From contig OY762069.1 of NCBI GenBank assembly GCA_963665095.1, forward strand, positions 1,696,001 to 1,760,000: DNA of 64,000 nucleotides, written 5' to 3'. Made by a program: the position numbers and the translations under genes. The DNA is from an uncultured Desulfobacter sp. Lineage in GTDB: Bacteria > Desulfobacterota > Desulfobacteria > Desulfobacterales > Desulfobacteraceae. This document shows positions 61,616 to 64,000 of the stretch, piece by piece. Numbering within the stretch: position 1 is the stretch's first letter; each line of letters opens with the position of its first letter. The notes under the pieces are model-generated. The model saw only the letters and a list, made by a program, of their open reading frames with translations, did no database searches and was not told where the DNA came from.

Positions 61616-61804
61616 ATGGCACACAACTGTGAGAAATGTAAATTCAGGGCAAAATACGACCAGAATCCAACCTCTTTTTTAGGCAAACTGTGGAGATGGC
61701 ATACAAACTGGTGTCCGGGTTGGAAGGGCTATATCACATCACTGCCGGATGAGGAACGGGCCAGCATCGCAAAGATGTATAAAATGGAAAAATTTCAACG
61801 GTAG
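61616..61804 (+). CDS. Small Cys/Trp-rich hypothetical protein
   Basis: 62 aa with CEKC...WRWH..WCPGW and an RBS-like AAGGCGG. Confidence 0.7.
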   Translation: MAHNCEKCKFRAKYDQNPTSFLGKLWRWHTNWCPGWKGYITSLPDEERASIAKMYKMEKFQR

Positions 61805-61856
61805 CCGGACGAGATTCTTCTCTGGCGGCAATGCGATTAGATTCATCAACGTGTTT

Positions 61857-62642
61857 TTATTCTTTGATGGAGCGGTTCAGCTTTCGGACGAACTCAACCG
61901 GCACGGCATAGGTGAGGCCGGACGGGTCTTTAAGGACATGTTCTTTCTTGCCTTTGATAAATACTTTATTAATCACCCCCACCACTTCCCCTGTGGCAAT
62001 TCGGTATACCGGGCTGCCGCTGTTGCCCGGAAATGCCACAGCATCAATCTGAATGATATCCCAGGGGGATTCCAGGTGTTTGATTAACTCTCCTTTGATC
62101 AGGCTTGCATGGGGGCTTGGCAGGATCACCGGTGTGATGGCGGACACAATGCCTGTGTGGGTGGTTGAATTCAAGCCCAGGACAAATCCGATGGGGTATC
62201 CTGTAAAGGCAACATGATGGCCTTCTTTGAGCATGCCGTCTTCCGCCAGGGGCAACGGTGCGACCCGGGCCTCCATGATAAGTATGGCCAGGTCATGGAA
62301 GGGGTCCTCGGCAGCCAGGACCGCCTTCACCCCTTTGGGCGGCAGGTCTTTGTGAAAAATGCGCAGGTGGAACATGCGGTCTTTATCCAGAATACTCTGG
62401 ATAACATGCTGATTCGTGACGATCCTTTTCCCGTCTCCAATGGCAAAGCCGGTGCCGCTGAATTGGGGCATTGGGATGTCGTTATAGTAATAGGTGCCCA
62501 CTGATACCGTGGAGGCCTTTACGTTTGACACCAGGGCCGCCATGTATGCATCCTGGTCCTGAAACAAGGCGTTTTCCCCGGCAGTTACCTGAGGTACGGA
62601 TAAAAGAATCAGAATCGCAGATATCGCTGGTAAGACTTTCAT
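61857..62642 (-). CDS. Secreted trypsin-like (S1) serine protease without PDZ
   Basis: Signal peptide; GTGF, TNQHVI (His), DLAIL (Asp), GNSGSP (Ser). Confidence 0.9.
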   Translation of the reverse strand: MKVLPAISAILILLSVPQVTAGENALFQDQDAYMAALVSNVKASTVSVGTYYYNDIPMPQFSGTGFAIGDGKRIVTNQHVIQSILDKDRMFHLRIFHKDLPPKGVKAVLAAEDPFHDLAILIMEARVAPLPLAEDGMLKEGHHVAFTGYPIGFVLGLNSTTHTGIVSAITPVILPSPHASLIKGELIKHLESPWDIIQIDAVAFPGNSGSPVYRIATGEVVGVINKVFIKGKKEHVLKDPSGLTYAVPVEFVRKLNRSIKE

Positions 62643-62905
62643 GGCATCTATTTACCGGTTAATGTAAAGGATGTCCATACGAACCTTGAGTTCGGCCATA
62701 GTTCTGAAAAATTACAGGAACAGGGGCATTTAAAACAGGGGCCGGGAAGCAGTAGTTGTCTTATCCGTGATAAGAATATCAAAAACGAACCACCCAAAAA
62801 CCAGCATTGAAAGAGTTCCTTTTAAATTGCCCCAAAAGATTTTGCTGCAACCAATTCTCGCCGCATTGGCTGAATGCAGATTCGGCGACACTCATGCCCT
62901 GGCCC

Positions 62906-63889
62906 TTATTTCCGGGAGGTGAAGGCCGAAGGGCTGATCCCGAACTGCCTGCGAAAGGCCTGGGCAAAATGGCTTGAGCTGCAGAATCCGGCTTCAAAGG
63001 CAGTCTCGGTGATACTGAGCCTGTTTTCCGAAAGCAGAATCCTGGCATAGGCCAGGCGCTCTTTTCGAAGATATTCAAACACGGTACACCCGAACACCTT
63101 TTTAAATCCCCGGGTCAGGCGGGTGTGGCTCATATCCACCTGCCGGGCCAGATCAGTCAGGGACGGAGGGTATTTCAGCCGGGAGACAAGGATATCCCGG
63201 GCGTTAAAAATGCGGTCCCGTTCATCATTCCGCACCACCGCACCCGGCTGCGCGGTGTCAAAGGCTTGCTCCAGGGTATAAGCCACAAGCTCCATGGCTT
63301 TGCTCTCCAGGAAAATCTGCCTGACCAGTCCCTGGTGGGGGCAGGCATACATCTGGTGAAGCACGGACTGCACGGCAAAATTCATGGTCTGGGAGCAGAA
63401 AAGACGGCCCTGGCCAATGGCAGCGGCCAGACGTTGCTGGGGCCCGGGTTCATGGGCCGGTCCCAAAAGGTGGGGAATGTTTTCCGCAGAAAACCGGATC
63501 ACCACGGCCTGAAGATCCTTTTCCCCGGCCGTGTGCCGCTCCAGGGCCGGGTCCTCAAAATAGCAGAGATGAACCTGGCCGGCTGTTATCCCCAAAGGCG
63601 AGGCATTGCAGGAATTCAGGGTATGGGTGATTCCGGACAGACAGAACACAAAGCACAGCTTGGGCGCAGGCCAGGAGACCCTGGCCAGATAGTCCCGGGT
63701 AAACCGGCAGTGGCTCATGCAGATTTCCATGCCAAAGCGGCAGTCCAGGTTCAAAAACCGTCCCTGGCCCAGCCCGGCCGGAACGGATCGCACCACCTCC
63801 CGGCACGGACCGGGAACGGCCGGTTCCCCCGGAAAGCAAATAAATTCACCTTTGGAATTTTTAATGGATACTTCAGAATTCATCACCAC
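62906..63889 (-). CDS. AraC-family transcriptional regulator (PchR-like)
   Basis: LESKAMEL, PPSLTDLARQV, GFKKVFG.TVF.YLR..RL, SHFAQAFRRQFG.SP. Confidence 0.92.
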   Translation of the reverse strand: MVMNSEVSIKNSKGEFICFPGEPAVPGPCREVVRSVPAGLGQGRFLNLDCRFGMEICMSHCRFTRDYLARVSWPAPKLCFVFCLSGITHTLNSCNASPLGITAGQVHLCYFEDPALERHTAGEKDLQAVVIRFSAENIPHLLGPAHEPGPQQRLAAAIGQGRLFCSQTMNFAVQSVLHQMYACPHQGLVRQIFLESKAMELVAYTLEQAFDTAQPGAVVRNDERDRIFNARDILVSRLKYPPSLTDLARQVDMSHTRLTRGFKKVFGCTVFEYLRKERLAYARILLSENRLSITETAFEAGFCSSSHFAQAFRRQFGISPSAFTSRK

Positions 63890-64000
63890 CCCTAAACACT
63901 TCTATATTTTATTTAAAGTTATGTATACCTAACCAACACCCCTTTTTCCAATATTTTTTTATTATTTTCCGGGGCGTCCCCGATATTCCATCTATTTTGC

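Overview
A 64 kb bacterial chromosome segment. Gene content and an interspersed palindromic repeat suggest a Desulfobacteraceae-like sulfate reducer (inference). No rRNA, tRNA or CRISPR array was seen. Left to right: (1) a PfaC-like PUFA-synthase gene translationally coupled to an OleA-type condensing enzyme that is absent from the ORF track and runs off the left edge; (2) an AT-richer island (~6.45-13.4 kb) with scrambled transposon remnants, an IS110-family recombinase and an N6-methyltransferase + PD-(D/E)xK-like gene pair. The IS110 gene is followed by a non-coding region that reads as a two-loop bridge RNA, and two of its four predicted guides match the element's right junction exactly around a CT core; (3) a minus-strand cluster of xsc, an OCD/mu-crystallin gene, an HcnABC/Oox-like flavin dehydrogenase, a cupin and gdhA, a candidate new route for taurine/tauropine-type organosulfonate catabolism; (4) signalling genes (3xPBP-GGDEF, pseudokinase-AAA-GAF-HK-REC, response regulator, MshEN-like/FapA fusion) and housekeeping genes; (5) a decaying hybrid-kinase/sigma54 locus; (6) a Prune/PPX1-like phosphatase and a tandem 5'-nucleotidase lipoprotein; (7) a CDF-HflK fusion/hflC/hflK operon; (8) a DASS permease, a TonB receptor followed by an unusual membrane-domain/Cys-rich binding-protein fusion, an FRG protein, a serine protease and an AraC regulator. 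All calls rest on motif recognition by eye; no database searches or folding programs were run.
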